Notes: generated by a model from the sequence alone, not told the origin. Positions 50,801 through 63,395 are shown, numbered from the stretch's first letter. The stretch is DNA of 64,000 bases from Antedon mediterranea (GCF_964355755.1 NC_092672.1:22953237-23017236); one strand, 5' to 3'. Numbers and translations are program-made.

Positions 50801-53800
50801 TTAAACAAGATTTTTCGATGATCTGTCTGCTGGATTATTGAGGTGGGTGCGATAAAATATAAATATGATATACTTCCAACGATCTTCGGGTTGAGGTGCA
50901 GGTTTAACTTTGGTGCTAAAGGGTAAACACCCCTAATTTTACATGTATAATGGACTACACCATGCAGGAACGCACATGGTATTTTCTTCTCAGAGGGTGC
51001 GTGTACGTCAAAAGGAATTGTTTTTCCAACGATCCGCCGATCCTTCGCGCGTACTCTCACACGACGACGTTGTGTGTGAAATTTCTTATCAGAGGGTGCG
51101 TGTGCGTCAAATAGAATTGTTTTCCCAATGCATTGAATTGCGTGTGTTCGACCGGATCGGCGGCGGGAGGATAGGCTAGGCTAGCTAGGAGTGCGTGTAA
51201 TATTTTTTTCATCGAAGGCGGCTAGCTCGATTATTGTGCGACTTTAATACTTTCAGTAGTAACCTCTGATCGAGGAACGTTTTTAGCTTGATTATTAAAA
51301 CTTTACACCCCTGTATTTTAATGTACTATCTATACCATGATTTACCACGCACGGCGGCCGGGATGATATTGTTTTGGTTACCCTATTGCAATGTTCGATG
51401 TTTTGTTTACTGTTTGTGTATTAATAAATGCGTTTAGGGAAATCCCCTTGCAACGAAGACAGGCGATAGTTTTGCGTCTCGTCCGAGTCGTGTAAACAAA
51501 TCTTCTTGACATTATTTTCTATCTAATTCAGTGGTTTTTATTGTGGTAAAACTCGGGAAGGGCACTCGCGGCCAACGCAAAAAAAAGGGCAGGCCAGTAG
51601 TGGCCGTGGGTGCTATTCATTTTCGAGGGCATTGAGGCCAACTGGGAGGGCACCGACGGCGGTGGCCGCGGTAAAATTCGAGGCCTGGGCGTGAAGACCA
51701 GGATTCTGGATCTTTATTCATGTTCCTAAAAATGAAAAGAGATTAATATAGTTTTAGTTATTACTGTATTTAAAATATGTGTAACATCATCAACTAATTG
51801 GGTACGGTGTGGTTTTAGAGTCCTATATCTGGGGCGGTAAACACAAAAACATGACGCAATATTAGAACGGTGGTAAGAATAATTTTACATTATAAGACAT
51901 AAGGGTGGGTGGAATATGCATTTGAACTTTTTAATCACAAACTTTGCCCTGTTTATACCGATCCCAAAGACAGAGGCCTGGCTGTATCTATTATTTTTAG
52001 TTAAATTATTAGGGTCTAAATTTATTTTTAATATTACTATTTAGGAAGACAATACGCAAAACGGTGCTCAATCCTGATTGATGTTTTTATTCCGTATCAA
52101 TGTTTATAATAACAATCATACAATTAAATGTAAATTTTGTTTAATTGTTTGATTTTAATAAATTATTGTAAACATAGTATATACCTCAAATTTTAAGCTA
52201 AGATAAATTTGATTTTAAAAAAACACTTTAAGATATTTTTTTTTAATGTACATAATGTTACTTAAGTATTTTAAATTTTAAAAAACACTAAATACCTTCA
52301 AGGTCGGCAGACTTTTTTTGATGAGTTTTTCCCAACAAATATGTTTGACAGATTTGACAACATATGGGTTATCTTTGAACCTAATCAAAAATAACAAATT
52401 GAAAACATTATATCTATATATAAATTTACGTAAGGGCAAAATTCGGTAAATCGCGCCTTACTTCTAGAATGTTTACTCGATGGTATATAAAGTTGGTTCG
52501 TACTTTCGATACTGATTTTAACCACCTGATGTAACCCTGTTTACTAATTAAATGGAGTTCGATAATTAGTTATTGACGATTAAAACGAATTTAGGTTCAA
52601 CGATTTGCCCCAAATAGGGGTGTTTTCCGATCGTGGTATACACTGTCCAATGCATGTCTATCTTGAAAAATACCCGCATACAATAATACGAGGATGCTTC
52701 GCATTTTCCTATCTCCTCCTACGATAATTGTTTTTAATGGATGAAAACCGGTTGAACAGCTCGAGTACAGCATCATAATGTTGAAGACAGACCTATTTTC
52801 TTAAAAACATACTATTTTGATAGATTTAATATACATTTATACAAATGTATTGATTTCCGATGAATGGAACATTCCAATAATAACTCTTTGCTTTAACACA
52901 AGTACCACCAGCTGTAGGTAAATTTATTGGCCCTTGGGGAATTAACCTAAAACGTATATATAGATATAGTATTGCAATAAATACGTATTAACATTTGTGG
53001 TCGCCATTGAATTTACTGTGAGTGTGGGTACTGTTAGATGTATAACACAATCGTGTACAAATAAACGTATTACTGTGAGTGTAGGCCCTACTGTTATATA
53101 GAACGTACAATATACAAATAAACTGTAGTACTGACAGTTGCTTCTCAACGTTTGTATTAATTAATAATTACAAAGAATATAAACGTTGTAGTGGTACGTG
53201 TATCGTTAAATGTACTACCGTATTCTATTTCAATCGACTATGACAGTGACAGTTTTAACAATAAAATATTAAGTCGCAAATGTGTTACTGTATCAAGTGG
53301 TATATTATTTTATAGGCCTGTGAGTAGGCCCTACTGTTATACAAAACGTACAATATACAAATAAACTGTACTACTGACAGTTGCTTCTCAATGTTTGTAT
53401 TAATTAATAATTACAAAGAATATAAACGTTGTAGTGGTACGTGTATCGTTACATGTACATGCTATTTCAATGGACTATAACAGTGACAGTTTTAACAAAG
53501 TATTAAATCGCAAATGTGTTACTGTATCAAGTGGTATATTATTTATAGGCCTATCAAACATGAAAAACATATTTCGTTACTGAGTAGATAAAGAATATAT
53601 TAAAACATTGTTCTTCTTTGTACCCATATCCTCTTCCCCATCCGTCAACCCTAATGTTACACACAAAACACAAATTGGGTTTGTTTAAATGAGTCCAAAT
53701 AACAAATTTGGACTCATTTTTGACAAGTTTCTCTTTCGGAAGTAATTCCCAGTGTGCTAATTTCAGTTTAATACATAAATCATCGTGTCTATTTATTCGT

Positions 53801-56800
53801 TTCTGTAAACAATAATAACTATTATCATCCTGCAGTACGTACATTAAAAAAAAAGCATTTTTTTACGCTGAAATTACTGTGTATTCGAGAACCATCTGTG
53901 GGCACGACCTAGATGGTACGCGAGCGAAGCGAGCGTACCATCTAGTTATATAAATTTATTTAAATGAGTGGAATAATGTATGGACATAAACTTGATATAC
54001 TGTAGCTCAAATTTTTAATAATGTAGCCTACAGTTTTGTAGGTGGTCAATGTAAAAGGAAGGGGAAAGGGTGGGCTGGCCAGGAGAGCATTAATATGTCA
54101 AAAATTAATATTCATAAGTCATTTATTTAATTTTAGTTGTCAAAGGGAGGAGTGCATGACACTAGCTTGAGTCGAACCAAGCTGTTAAAAATACGTACAC
54201 AATATGTACACGTATTTTCCTCACTACCATTGGTCCATTATAAAACTATTTATGAATAGATAAAAGTACAAAAACATACACTGTACTTACCAGATGGAGG
54301 ACTGGTGTTTCTCTTTAAAATACCAAAATAAACTATATTATTCTCTTCTTTGGAAAAATTTGCTAAGCACTTTTTTAAAAAGCTTTCTTTTGTATTTCAT
54401 TCCTCTTTGCCTAGTAATAATTAGTATCCTTCGAACTTCTTCAATTACCTAACAAATAATTTAAGATATTGTAAATAACACAGTTTTTTAAAAAGAAATT
54501 TAATATAACAATTTTAGTTATGCAGTACGTATGTTTTTTGTTTGTTTTTTTAGTATGTTTTTTTTAAATTTAGAGTTAAAAACATTAAGTTTCAATATCG
54601 ATGTGATCACTTCGGGGATTAGGCTACTTAGTGTGTACAATTAATTAAATATAAAGAAGAGTTTTTAAATGTCATTATATTTCTCATTGGAATATGTGTA
54701 TATAATATAATCCTTCGTAGATATTTCATGGCTACATTACAAAATAACTGTTACATTATACTGTAATTGTATTATCTATTATTAGGCCTTCCTTATACCT
54801 AGCTGAAATAGGTCCCACAATATTTGTCCCCTCTGTCAATGTCTGAACTAAAATGCTAAGCTAAACCTATACACCTGTCCGTCAGTACAGGCATAGTAGG
54901 CTAGCCTAGACCTACTAGTTCCAGGCCTACAGTATTACTAAACTAGGAAGGAGCCTAGGCTAGGCCTAGAGACTGCTGGCAGATTAAAATATAATTATTA
55001 GGCCTACGAACCTGTTAAAATGTTGGCCACTTCTTCATCTATTTCTCGGATCTTCAACAAAGCGTCTTCCTTCGACATTATATTAGACTAAACTTACTAG
55101 GCCTATTGAAGCATTTAATATATAAATTGCGATGAAAGGTGTCTTTTACTTACAAACTCTAGATTTTGAATGATTACTTTAAAAAACCGTTGGCCATGAT
55201 CCCGCCGGGAGCTAGGTCATCGACCACACACAGTGTTGTTTTTCAACTATAACCAAAAATTTATCGCTGGCCTTTTACCCAGAATGTATAAGGTCATTAT
55301 ACTGCTCAACGTTAAAGCATGGAGGTATAAACCTCCATGGTGGTTAAAGCAAATCTATAAAACGTCTGGACCAACAGTAATACGACAGACAATAATAATG
55401 ACACATGTTTGTTGCAGTCCGAAAAAGAGCGATAAGTTGGTGCCAGTAAACTGAAGTAGGTACAGTATTTGCTACCCTATTTGCAAGGCATTAAAATTCA
55501 ATTCATGGAAATACTCCGAATTTTCGAGTAACATGTGGAATTGGTGGTTCGCTGCCCGGCAAGCTTTGGAATTTACAATTCGTTTTACAAGCATGTCATA
55601 AGACGCCATTTTAAGGACGAGTATAACAATCGGCAACCTCCTGCAGTTGACGATGGAAACATCAGTATATAAGTATGCCTGGAGAAAACGAGGATGCCAA
55701 TTGAGGATGAAGTAGAACTAGGCCTAGACTAGGAGACTGACGAAGTTAATGAAGAAAAAAACTATTATAACGGGGATGATTTATCAACTGACGATAGTAG
55801 TAGTGATAATTCTAGTATTTTTATACTGTTAATGATTGTTTAATATTAATTATCTTGTTGATGCTCAGCAAGAAGGCCTACTAACTAGAGGATGAACAGG
55901 CAGATAATAGTATAAAAAAATGCTGATTTCTTTCTACTAAAATTAAAGGAGAGAAACAAGATTCCACAGGTAAGCCATTTTGCTTTAAAATTACAACAAT
56001 TATGCATTTTAAACAATTTTTTATTAGAGAAATACGTCTATTTCCTAGGCCTTGCTGGTACTGTTATTATACAGGACTATTAGCTATAGTATTAACTATA
56101 GGACTTAGGTACTAGGCCTAGGCCTAGGCATTATACACTCTAAGTTTATGTTGCATTTTTTTGTGACCAATTTCATTGTTACAAATAACATTTTTTTTGT
56201 TAGGCTGCATAGCTCCCCAACTAAAGCACAACTTAGTTTTTAAACATATTAAAACTTGAATATAAAAAATATTAAATCAATATTATTTTCTTTAGGTTGC
56301 AGTGCAATCGATTATTCAAAGCACAAACAGTTTGATTACCCAGATTCTTTCATCAGTTGAAACTGAAGTGCTAACTGCTCTACCGTTGTGTGAATATAAG
56401 GATATTGACAATCTATTTTAAGTAAAACATTTCTCAAAATAAGTATTTTTAAGAATATTAAAATAGAATTGACTTCAATTCAAGCAAAAATAGTCTTGAT
56501 AGGATATACTGTAGTATGATATTGACTTCTTATCTTAAGTAAAACATTTCTCAAAATAAGTATTTTTAAAAATATTGCGAATCTCAATTTAAGCAAAAAT
56601 AGTCTTGATAAGATAGTATGATATTGACTTCTTATTTTAAGTAAAACATTTCTCAAAATAAGTATTTTAAAGAATATTGCGAATCTTGATTCAAGTAAAA
56701 ATAGTCTTGATAAGATAGTATGATATTGACTTCTTATTTTAAGTAAAACATTTCTCAAAATCAGAATATTGCGAATCTGAATTCAAGCAAAAATAGTCTT

Positions 56801-59800
56801 GATAGGATAGTATGATATTGACTTCTTATTTTCAGTAAAACATTTTTCAAAATAAGTATTTTTTAAAATATTGCGAATCTCAATTTAAGCAAAAATAGTC
56901 TTGATAAGATAGTATGATATTGACTTCTTATTTTAAGTAAAACATTTCTCGAAATAAGTATTTTTAAGAATATTGCGAATCTTGATTCAAGTAAAAATAG
57001 TCTTGATAAGATAGTATGATATTGACTTCTTATTTTAAGTAAAACATTTCTCAAAATAAGTATTTTTAAAAATATTGCGAATCTCAATTTAAGCAAAAAT
57101 AGTCTTGATAAGATAGTATGATATTGACTTCTTATTTTAAGTAAAACATTTCTCAAAATAAGTATTTTTAAGAATATTGCGAAACCTAATTTAAGAAACT
57201 TTGTCTTACCTAGAAAAATATTTATTGTTTTAAGTAATTTTTAGAATTCATCAATCTTGATTTAAGAAAAATTATTCTTGATAGGGATAAATATAATATT
57301 GATTTCTTATTTTAAGTAAAATACTTTTCAAATTAAGTATTTTCAAATCTTGTTTTAAGCAAAACTATTCTTAATAAGAAGAGAATGATATTGACTTCTT
57401 ATTTTAAGTAAAATATTTCTTGTAATAAGCATTTTCAAGAATATTGCGAATCTTGATTCAAGTAAAAATAATCTTGATAAGGGTAGTGTGAAATTGACTT
57501 CTTATTTTAAGTAAAATATTTCTCAAAACAAGTATTTTCAAGACTATTGCGAAACCTAATTTAAGAAACTTTGTCTTACCTAGAAAAATATTGATTGTTT
57601 TAAGTAATTTTTATAATTCATCAATCTTGATTTAAGAAAAATTATTCTTGATAGGGATAAATATAATATAGATTTCTTATTTTAAGTAAAATACTTTTCA
57701 AATTAAGTATTTTCAAATCTTGTTTTAAGCAAAACTATTCTTAATAAGAAGAGAATGATATTGACTTCTTATTTTAAGTAAAATATTTCTTGTAATAAGC
57801 ATTTTCAAGAATATTGCAAAACTTAATTTAAGAAAATGTGTCTTTTCTAGAAAATTATTTCTTGTTTTAAGTAATTTTAAATCTTGACAAGAAAAAAAAT
57901 ACTTATTTTAAGAATTTTTTCTTAAAACAAGATTTTTTTTTCTTGCTTAGAATTTCAAATTTTGCTGTGTAGCTGTATGTTAGATGGTTTGTATATTGTG
58001 TGTTTATATCTTATCTTAGCTGTATGTTAGATGGTTTGTATATTGTGTGTTTATATCTTATCTTAGCTGTATGTTAGATGGTTTGTATATTGTGTGTTTA
58101 TATCTTATCTTAGCTGTATGTTAGATGGTTTGTATATTGTGTGTTTATATCTTATCTTAGCTGTATGTTAGATGGTTTGTATATTGTGTGTTTATATCTT
58201 ATCTTAGCTGTATGTTAGATGGTTTGTATATTGTGTGTTTATATCTTATCTTAGCTGTATGCTAGATGGTTTGTATATTGTGTGTTTATATCTTATCTTA
58301 GCTGTATGTTAGATGGTTTGTATATTGTGTGTTTATATCTTATCTTAGCTGTATGTTAGATGGTTTGTATATTGTGTGTTTATATCTTATCTTAGCTGTA
58401 TGTTAGATGGTTTGTATATTGTGTGTTTATATCTTATCTTAGCTGTATGTTAGATGGTTTGTATATTGTGTGTTTATATCTTATCTTAGCTGTATGTTAG
58501 ATGGTTTGTATATTGTGTGTTTATATCTTATCTTAGCTGTATGTTAGATGGTTTGTATATTGTGTGTTTATATCTTATCTTAGCTGTATGCTAGATGGTT
58601 TGTATATTGTGTGTTTATATCTTATCTTAGCTGTATGTTAGATGGTTTGTATATTGTGTGTTTATATCTTATCTTAGCTGTATGTTAGATGGTTTGTATA
58701 TTGTGTGTTTATATCTTATCTTAGCTGTATGTTAGATGGTTTGTATATTGTGTGTTTATATCTTATCTTAGCTGTATGTTAGATGGTTTGTCAATATAAT
58801 TTAGTACATTAGTCTTTCAGTACAATTTGCTTAGACAATTTGATTGGCTAATACCCGATTTGAATAATGGCTTGGTAACTCAATCCCCTGTAATTGTAAT
58901 TAATTTGAGAATCTGAACAATGATATAATTATTCATCTGTTGGACAAATAACTAAATAAACTTTTATTAACATAGAGTAGTAGAAATATATACTTTTCAT
59001 TTATTAAACTTTATCACTGAAAAAAAAATACAAGGCACAAGGCAGTGAAAAATAAGTGATGAACAGGTGGCAATCACATCTATCCACGTTTAACCTTTGA
59101 ACAGATAACAAAACATAAAAACACAAACATATTAGGCCCTTAAAAAATTTCTTACCCTACTATAAATATTAAAAAAAACAAACATGTAGGAGGCCTACGT
59201 ACACGTACCAATTTAACTCAGCACCATTTTTATTCAAGTTAAACACAGTGAAATTCTTTGGTTTAATGAAAAATATTTCCAGGAAAAATGTATAAATACA
59301 TTAATTATTATATTCCAAGTTTCCTGGACTTTCTGCATTCTCACTCATGATGACGATCAAAGTATATTGATCGAAACGTCGAGAAACTCAACAGTTCTTT
59401 TCAGAACTAATACACGTGGTGTACCGCAAACTTTATATCAACATTCGATTTCGCCATGCAAACCTTCAAACAATATTACATTAATTATGTTGTTACAATT
59501 CATGATAAAAGTACAATTGGGCCCAAAACGATTGAACTGAATGTGATTTTGTGCGTCCCGAAAAACCCAGCCGAAGCATGTGATTGGTCAGTCATTTTTC
59601 TGTCATAATATAATATTTATAACCATCATCTCTCAACAATCTCTCGATCTCACGCTCAGCAGTGACTTTGACATCGGACACTCAGTATATTCGATCAATT
59701 TAAACATGGTCAATAGAAGTAAAATGATCAAAAAATCTGCTATAATTGATAATTAATTGCACGATTTTGGAAGTAGGGCCTTTGTTTTTTAAGGTGGGGT

Positions 59801-61182
59801 GTTCGCTGGTAAAAGGGGGGTTCGCGCAAAAGGTGGGGGGGGGGGGGGGGGGTTCGCCCGAACCCCAAAAAACCCTCTGGCTACGGGCCTGGATATAAGT
59901 AGGCTACGAAAGTTGTTATTTGATCATTTTGTTCCAAAATAAACAAGATGTTTTTGTCATGATTTATTGTGATACAAATGTTAAAGCACCGCTCACTCTG
60001 TCACCCACTTGATAAACTAATAACGGTTTCCTCCTATGTGTATCGTTCAGATAATAATATAATATATATTTATGTGACATACTGTTCTTTACTATTATAT
60101 TATTTGCATCTTACGTTTTTATGATTAGTACCAATTGTTGTAAAGTGTTTACATCATTACAGGAGAATTAATGTACATTTCGTTTACAAATAATTAAATA
60201 TATTGAGTAACTATTCATTAACCTGGAAGTGATATTTTTGGCGTACATAATTTACAGACCACAATAAAACATCACAGAATCAACATGCATTACTGATCAG
60301 TCATATGCATAGGTGTCACCCGGGCTTCAATTTCCAGAGGCGTTGGCCATGTTTTGTAGAACCATTCGGGTTCACTCACTGGAGGGTGCGTGAGCGAAGC
60401 CTCTAGTTATTATAATTTGTCTCCTATATTCAGAATCGTTTCAAAGACGTTTATATTATCCTCATCCTGTAGATACTGAAATTGTTACATATACTCAAAG
60501 TGCAGTCGTTTCAGTACATATTAGACAATGGGCTGTTCTGAATGATTTTAATCTTCATGTTTCATGTTTTTGAGGGACAATACATCTTTAAAGTATCTCA
60601 ATTATAAATACAGAGCATGGGATAATCTAACTTTACTTCATTCTAATACTATTGAAAAACAATGAATATTATGGATAATCATTAAACTGGACTGACAATA
60701 CTGAAAAATATAAATTGTTATATTTTGTTTAGCTCTAATCTCTAAAATGTTATATTAATCCTCAAAAGACAGTAAAAATAATGGCAGTATGAATTGTATT
60801 TTCACTTTAAATCAACTTTTAGACAATTACAAAGCTGTATTTTGTATGGGGACAATTAAATGGTTATGGTAATTTTCAACATTTTAGTGATTTACTAAAA
60901 TGTATGCTTGGTTACATAATATAGGCTACAAAATGTTTATTATGTTGCTATATTAAAAATAATAATTCAGTTGTTTGATGGAAAATAAGTTTGTTAAGAT
61001 CAATTGACCAGAACATATGATAGCTCAGTCACTTTGCAGGATTAACACAATTCTAACATTTTAATGTTTTAATATTTCAATAGAATAGCACATCAGCATT
61101 GGCTTGGGCTTCAGTATATGGTAATTTAAACATATGCCAAATATTGGTGGGTGCCGGAGCTAAAGTGAACCTCCAAAATAAA
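44862..61182 (+). CDS. Ankyrin-repeat protein, 5' part (coding exons 44862-44915, 45574-45648, 61084-61182; probably continues beyond the window)
   Basis: Phase-0 GT-AG exons give MDFIKQELLNICAFNGIQ|IAREKTAEEIFHFIVSNKAVNIKNQ|NSTSALAWASVYGNLNICQILVGAGAKVNLQNK; the last is a canonical 33-aa ankyrin repeat on a 99-nt exon. The start Met is uncertain. Confidence 0.72.
45859..46261. repeat. 47-bp minisatellite, left part (about 8.5 units)
   Basis: tatattgtgtgtttatatcttatcttagctgtatgttagatggtttg; resumes in register at 57970. Confidence 0.95.
46551..49240. repeat. 63-bp subterminal tandem array of the CACTA element, split by a Helitron
   Basis: gaattcttgtttcaagcaatatttttcttaaaataagtaagaatattccgatttgtatttttt; gives the 21-aa repeat ORFs at 48346-49111. 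Confidence 0.9.
46800..48327 (+). mobile_element. Non-autonomous Helitron, copy 1
   Basis: 5' TC, 3' CTAG with hairpin ctagatggtacgc...gcgtgccatctag, inserted at A|T in a 63-bp unit with no TSD. Confidence 0.9.
49979..51687. mobile_element. hAT-like non-autonomous element with a 6-bp TSD
   Basis: TIR CAGGCCTCGAATTT...AAATTCGAGGCCTG; GGCGTG duplicated on both sides; subterminal gggcaccaaggcca repeats. Confidence 0.85.
52413..53945 (+). mobile_element. Non-autonomous Helitron, copy 2
   Basis: Colinear with 46800-48327; TC...CTAG ends, terminal hairpin, A|T site. Confidence 0.9.
55400..56420 (+). pseudogene. EnSpm/CACTA transposase N-terminal remnant (C2H2 finger region); exons about 55400-55969 and 56296-56420
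   Basis: IHGNTPNFRVTCGIGG-CPASFGIYNSFYKHVIRRH; KNADFFLLKLKERNKIPQ|VAVQSIIQSTNSL; frameshifts and stops; truncated by the right-hand repeats. Confidence 0.7.
56417..57880. repeat. 102-bp right subterminal array plus a ~370-bp higher-order duplication of the CACTA element
   Basis: ttaagtaaaacatttctcaaaataagtatt... period 102 (34-aa repeat ORFs); the gaaacctaatttaag block occurs at 57181 and 57551. Confidence 0.85.
57970..58791. repeat. 47-bp minisatellite, right part (about 17 units)
   Basis: Same unit as 45859-46261. Confidence 0.95.
59335..59475 (+). mobile_element. Penelope-like element terminal fragment with a minimal hammerhead-ribozyme relic (59344-59383)
   Basis: CTC-aTGATGA-c-GATCAA-agtata-TTGATC-GAAAC-GTC-GAG, followed by ...gttctttttcagaac. 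Confidence 0.65.
59790..59891. mobile_element. hAT-like MITE terminal fragment with a G-run
   Basis: ggggggttcgcccgaacccc...ctggctacgggcctg end (reverse complement CAGGCCCGTAGCCAG). Confidence 0.6.
60545..60587. mobile_element. Kolobok-like MITE terminal fragment
   Basis: ...gggacaatacatct|ttaa, inverse of the 2916 left end. Confidence 0.65.
61084..61182 (+). CDS. Ankyrin-repeat exon (33 aa, phase 0-0)
   Basis: tttcaatag acceptor, TSALxWAxxxGNLNICQILVxAGAxVNxxN, GTAAGT donor. Confidence 0.88.
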
Positions 61183-61692
61183 GTAAGTCATTTTATATTA
61201 TTTAACATTTCAAACAAGTAAAAGTGAATGTAATACTAATTCACTGCATATTTTGACAGCTACATTATTGTAAGAATAGGCAGAGTAGTATCAATAGTAA
61301 CATGTTTACTATTCCCTGATATGTATAACTACAGATATGAAAATGATTACAAGTCTTTACATTAAAACTATAGTTTAAGAAAATTACACTATTTGTTGTA
61401 TTTAAACATTTGTTCTACCAAACATACTGTAGTTGTGCAAGGAATGTTTATATATAGCAATGTATGAATTTAATTATTAAACATTTAAATGTCTCCAAAT
61501 AATAAGATGAAAGATATGATTCAATGTTTCTGTCTTTATTGGATTATCATCAGGGAAACAATACTAATTCAATTAAAGTATGCAAATGAGGAAAGATAAA
61601 CAAAGTAATTAAATATATGTAATAGTAATACCTTGATTTTAGTTTTAGATCTCAAATATTTTATTTATAAAATCTATTTTTTATTTGAGCCC

Positions 61693-63395
61693 TTTATTTT
61701 TTATTTATTTTTTTTTTATTTATTTATTTTTTTTTATTCATTTCAAAAAAATACAACCATAACACAAAATCACTTAAATATAAAGTAATAGGTATCAAAA
61801 TGATATGAACGTTTAAATAAAATAACTTACAGTGATCAAACAATATTAAAAACTATAAATTATTAATTCCATTTTTTTTTAAAGTAAATAATTAATTAAT
61901 TTTGGTAAATGCTGTGTTTTCCACAATTATGTAACTAATCTAAACTAAATATAATTCTATTAATCAAATTAGCCAGAGATATACATTTACTAACATATTA
62001 ATTTTTGTTTGTCTTTACATAGTAATAATAAATAATACTCATATACATACACATGCATACACACAAATATATCTGAATCTGTACTATAACCAAGGAACTA
62101 TAATATAATTGTATTAATTAAAATCAGATAACTACATTTAACAACATAACCATTTTTGTTTCTTTAAAAAAATACATAATATATTTTTAATTATCTGTAT
62201 TTTAACCAAGGAACTAATAGTATGCCTATAATAAATAATTAAAAATATCTAACAAGTGCAAATAATAATTTCTGGTTTACATTTTAATTCAATACAACAA
62301 TAAAGAGCAAGCGTAATAATAATAATACACAAAAGTAAGTCATTTTCTTGAGAAACAGTATCATTAAGTTATTAAATATAATCTTCTATTAATCTCCATT
62401 TTTGTCTGAAATTATACAATGTACTTCTTTTAGAAGCAATGTTTTTTTCTACGTTATAATTAAATTTTAACCGATTAAAGAAAACCTGGAAGACTGGCTT
62501 TTTGTGAGTTAATTTGTAACTAAATTAATTTTCTTAATCAACAAAATACATAGATTTAATAACATATCAGGATTTTCTGTATTGTAACCAAATAATATGG
62601 AGGTTTTATCAAGGTTAATCTTTGTTTTTGAAATGTTTTCCCACCAAGTCGTGAATTCATCCCATAGTTTGGTTACAATGTTACATTCAACCAAAAGATG
62701 GGTCATAGTTTCAATATTTGATTCACAATAGGAACACATATTACTCGGTACAATATTCATTTTATGTAGTCTACTATTAGTTGACAAGCAATTCACATTA
62801 ATTTTATACTGAAATATTCTGGTTCTTACCTCCTGAGAACATTTAAATGGTAATACATAAATATTTTCCCATTTATCGCTATCTACACCTAATTCATCCT
62901 GCAATTTACTTTGAGATGTTGGTATTTTAAAGATTTTTTTAATTAAGGTTCTGTATATATTTTTTGTACTCATACTTTCTAATTCTTGTTCTTCATTCTT
63001 TACTTCCACTACAAACCCTCTCTTTTTATAATGTTTTCGTAAAAACCCTAGCTTCATGTTTGCTTTCCACTGTGGGGGTATTGCAGATATCGTCATTCTC
63101 CAGTGCATGAAATTACTTGTCGATAAGCCTCTCTTTATCCACGTATTAAAGGGAATGATATTACCGTTTACTAAACATATCCCAACATCTCTGAGGCTCT
63201 TGTAATAAAATGGCTTGCCATGTATATGCATGTGCCTATTAAACCATATAAATTGGGACCCTTCGTTTACTGTATCAGGATGTATTAATTCGAAATAAGC
63301 GTTTAACATATCCTTATAAAACAATGGAAGGTTTTTCCAACGACGGACACAGTCCGCGCTTACATTACAATAAAAAATGGTGTCGCCTCCTTGCT
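61693..63395 (-). mobile_element. 5'-truncated L1/Tx1-clade LINE (ORF2 C-terminus with zinc knuckle, 3' UTR, A-rich tail)
   Basis: ORF 62509-63324: FQYKI...TNSRLHKM...CSYCESNIETMTHLLVEC (zf-RVT); frameshifted EKNIA...KW end about 62395; (A)n/AATA tail about 61693-61740. Confidence 0.9.

Larger units (their letters stand above)
49705..55078 (-). pseudogene. CACTA accessory gene remnant (multi-exon; about 55078-55012, 54870-54800, 54448-54291, 52380-52296, 51725-51688 + 49978-49705)
   Basis: ATG exon MSKEDALLKIREIDEEVANILT with a donor; last exon EALVTLLSTFYLLDFDYPK*KEVGLTIL*QLV resembles the A..LL..YY..nl.YP..Q motif of animal EnSpm second ORFs; stops and TE insertions. Confidence 0.6.
46262..57969. 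mobile_element. EnSpm/CACTA (CMC) DNA transposon, 11.7 kb, defective
   Basis: CACAGCAAAATT...AATTTTGCTGTG termini; TA TSD shown by the interrupted satellite unit (tatctTA|gctgt); long subterminal repeat arrays; two divergent gene remnants. Confidence 0.9.

Noticed and set aside
58821-58874. Possible extra phase-0 exon (YNLLRQFDWLIPDLNNGL) of the ankyrin gene
   Set aside because: Weak donor, no ankyrin similarity, and not needed to keep the frame.
60370-60408. Helitron-like 3' end (gcgtgagcgaagcctctagt)
   Set aside because: No matching 5' end or clean hairpin could be defined.
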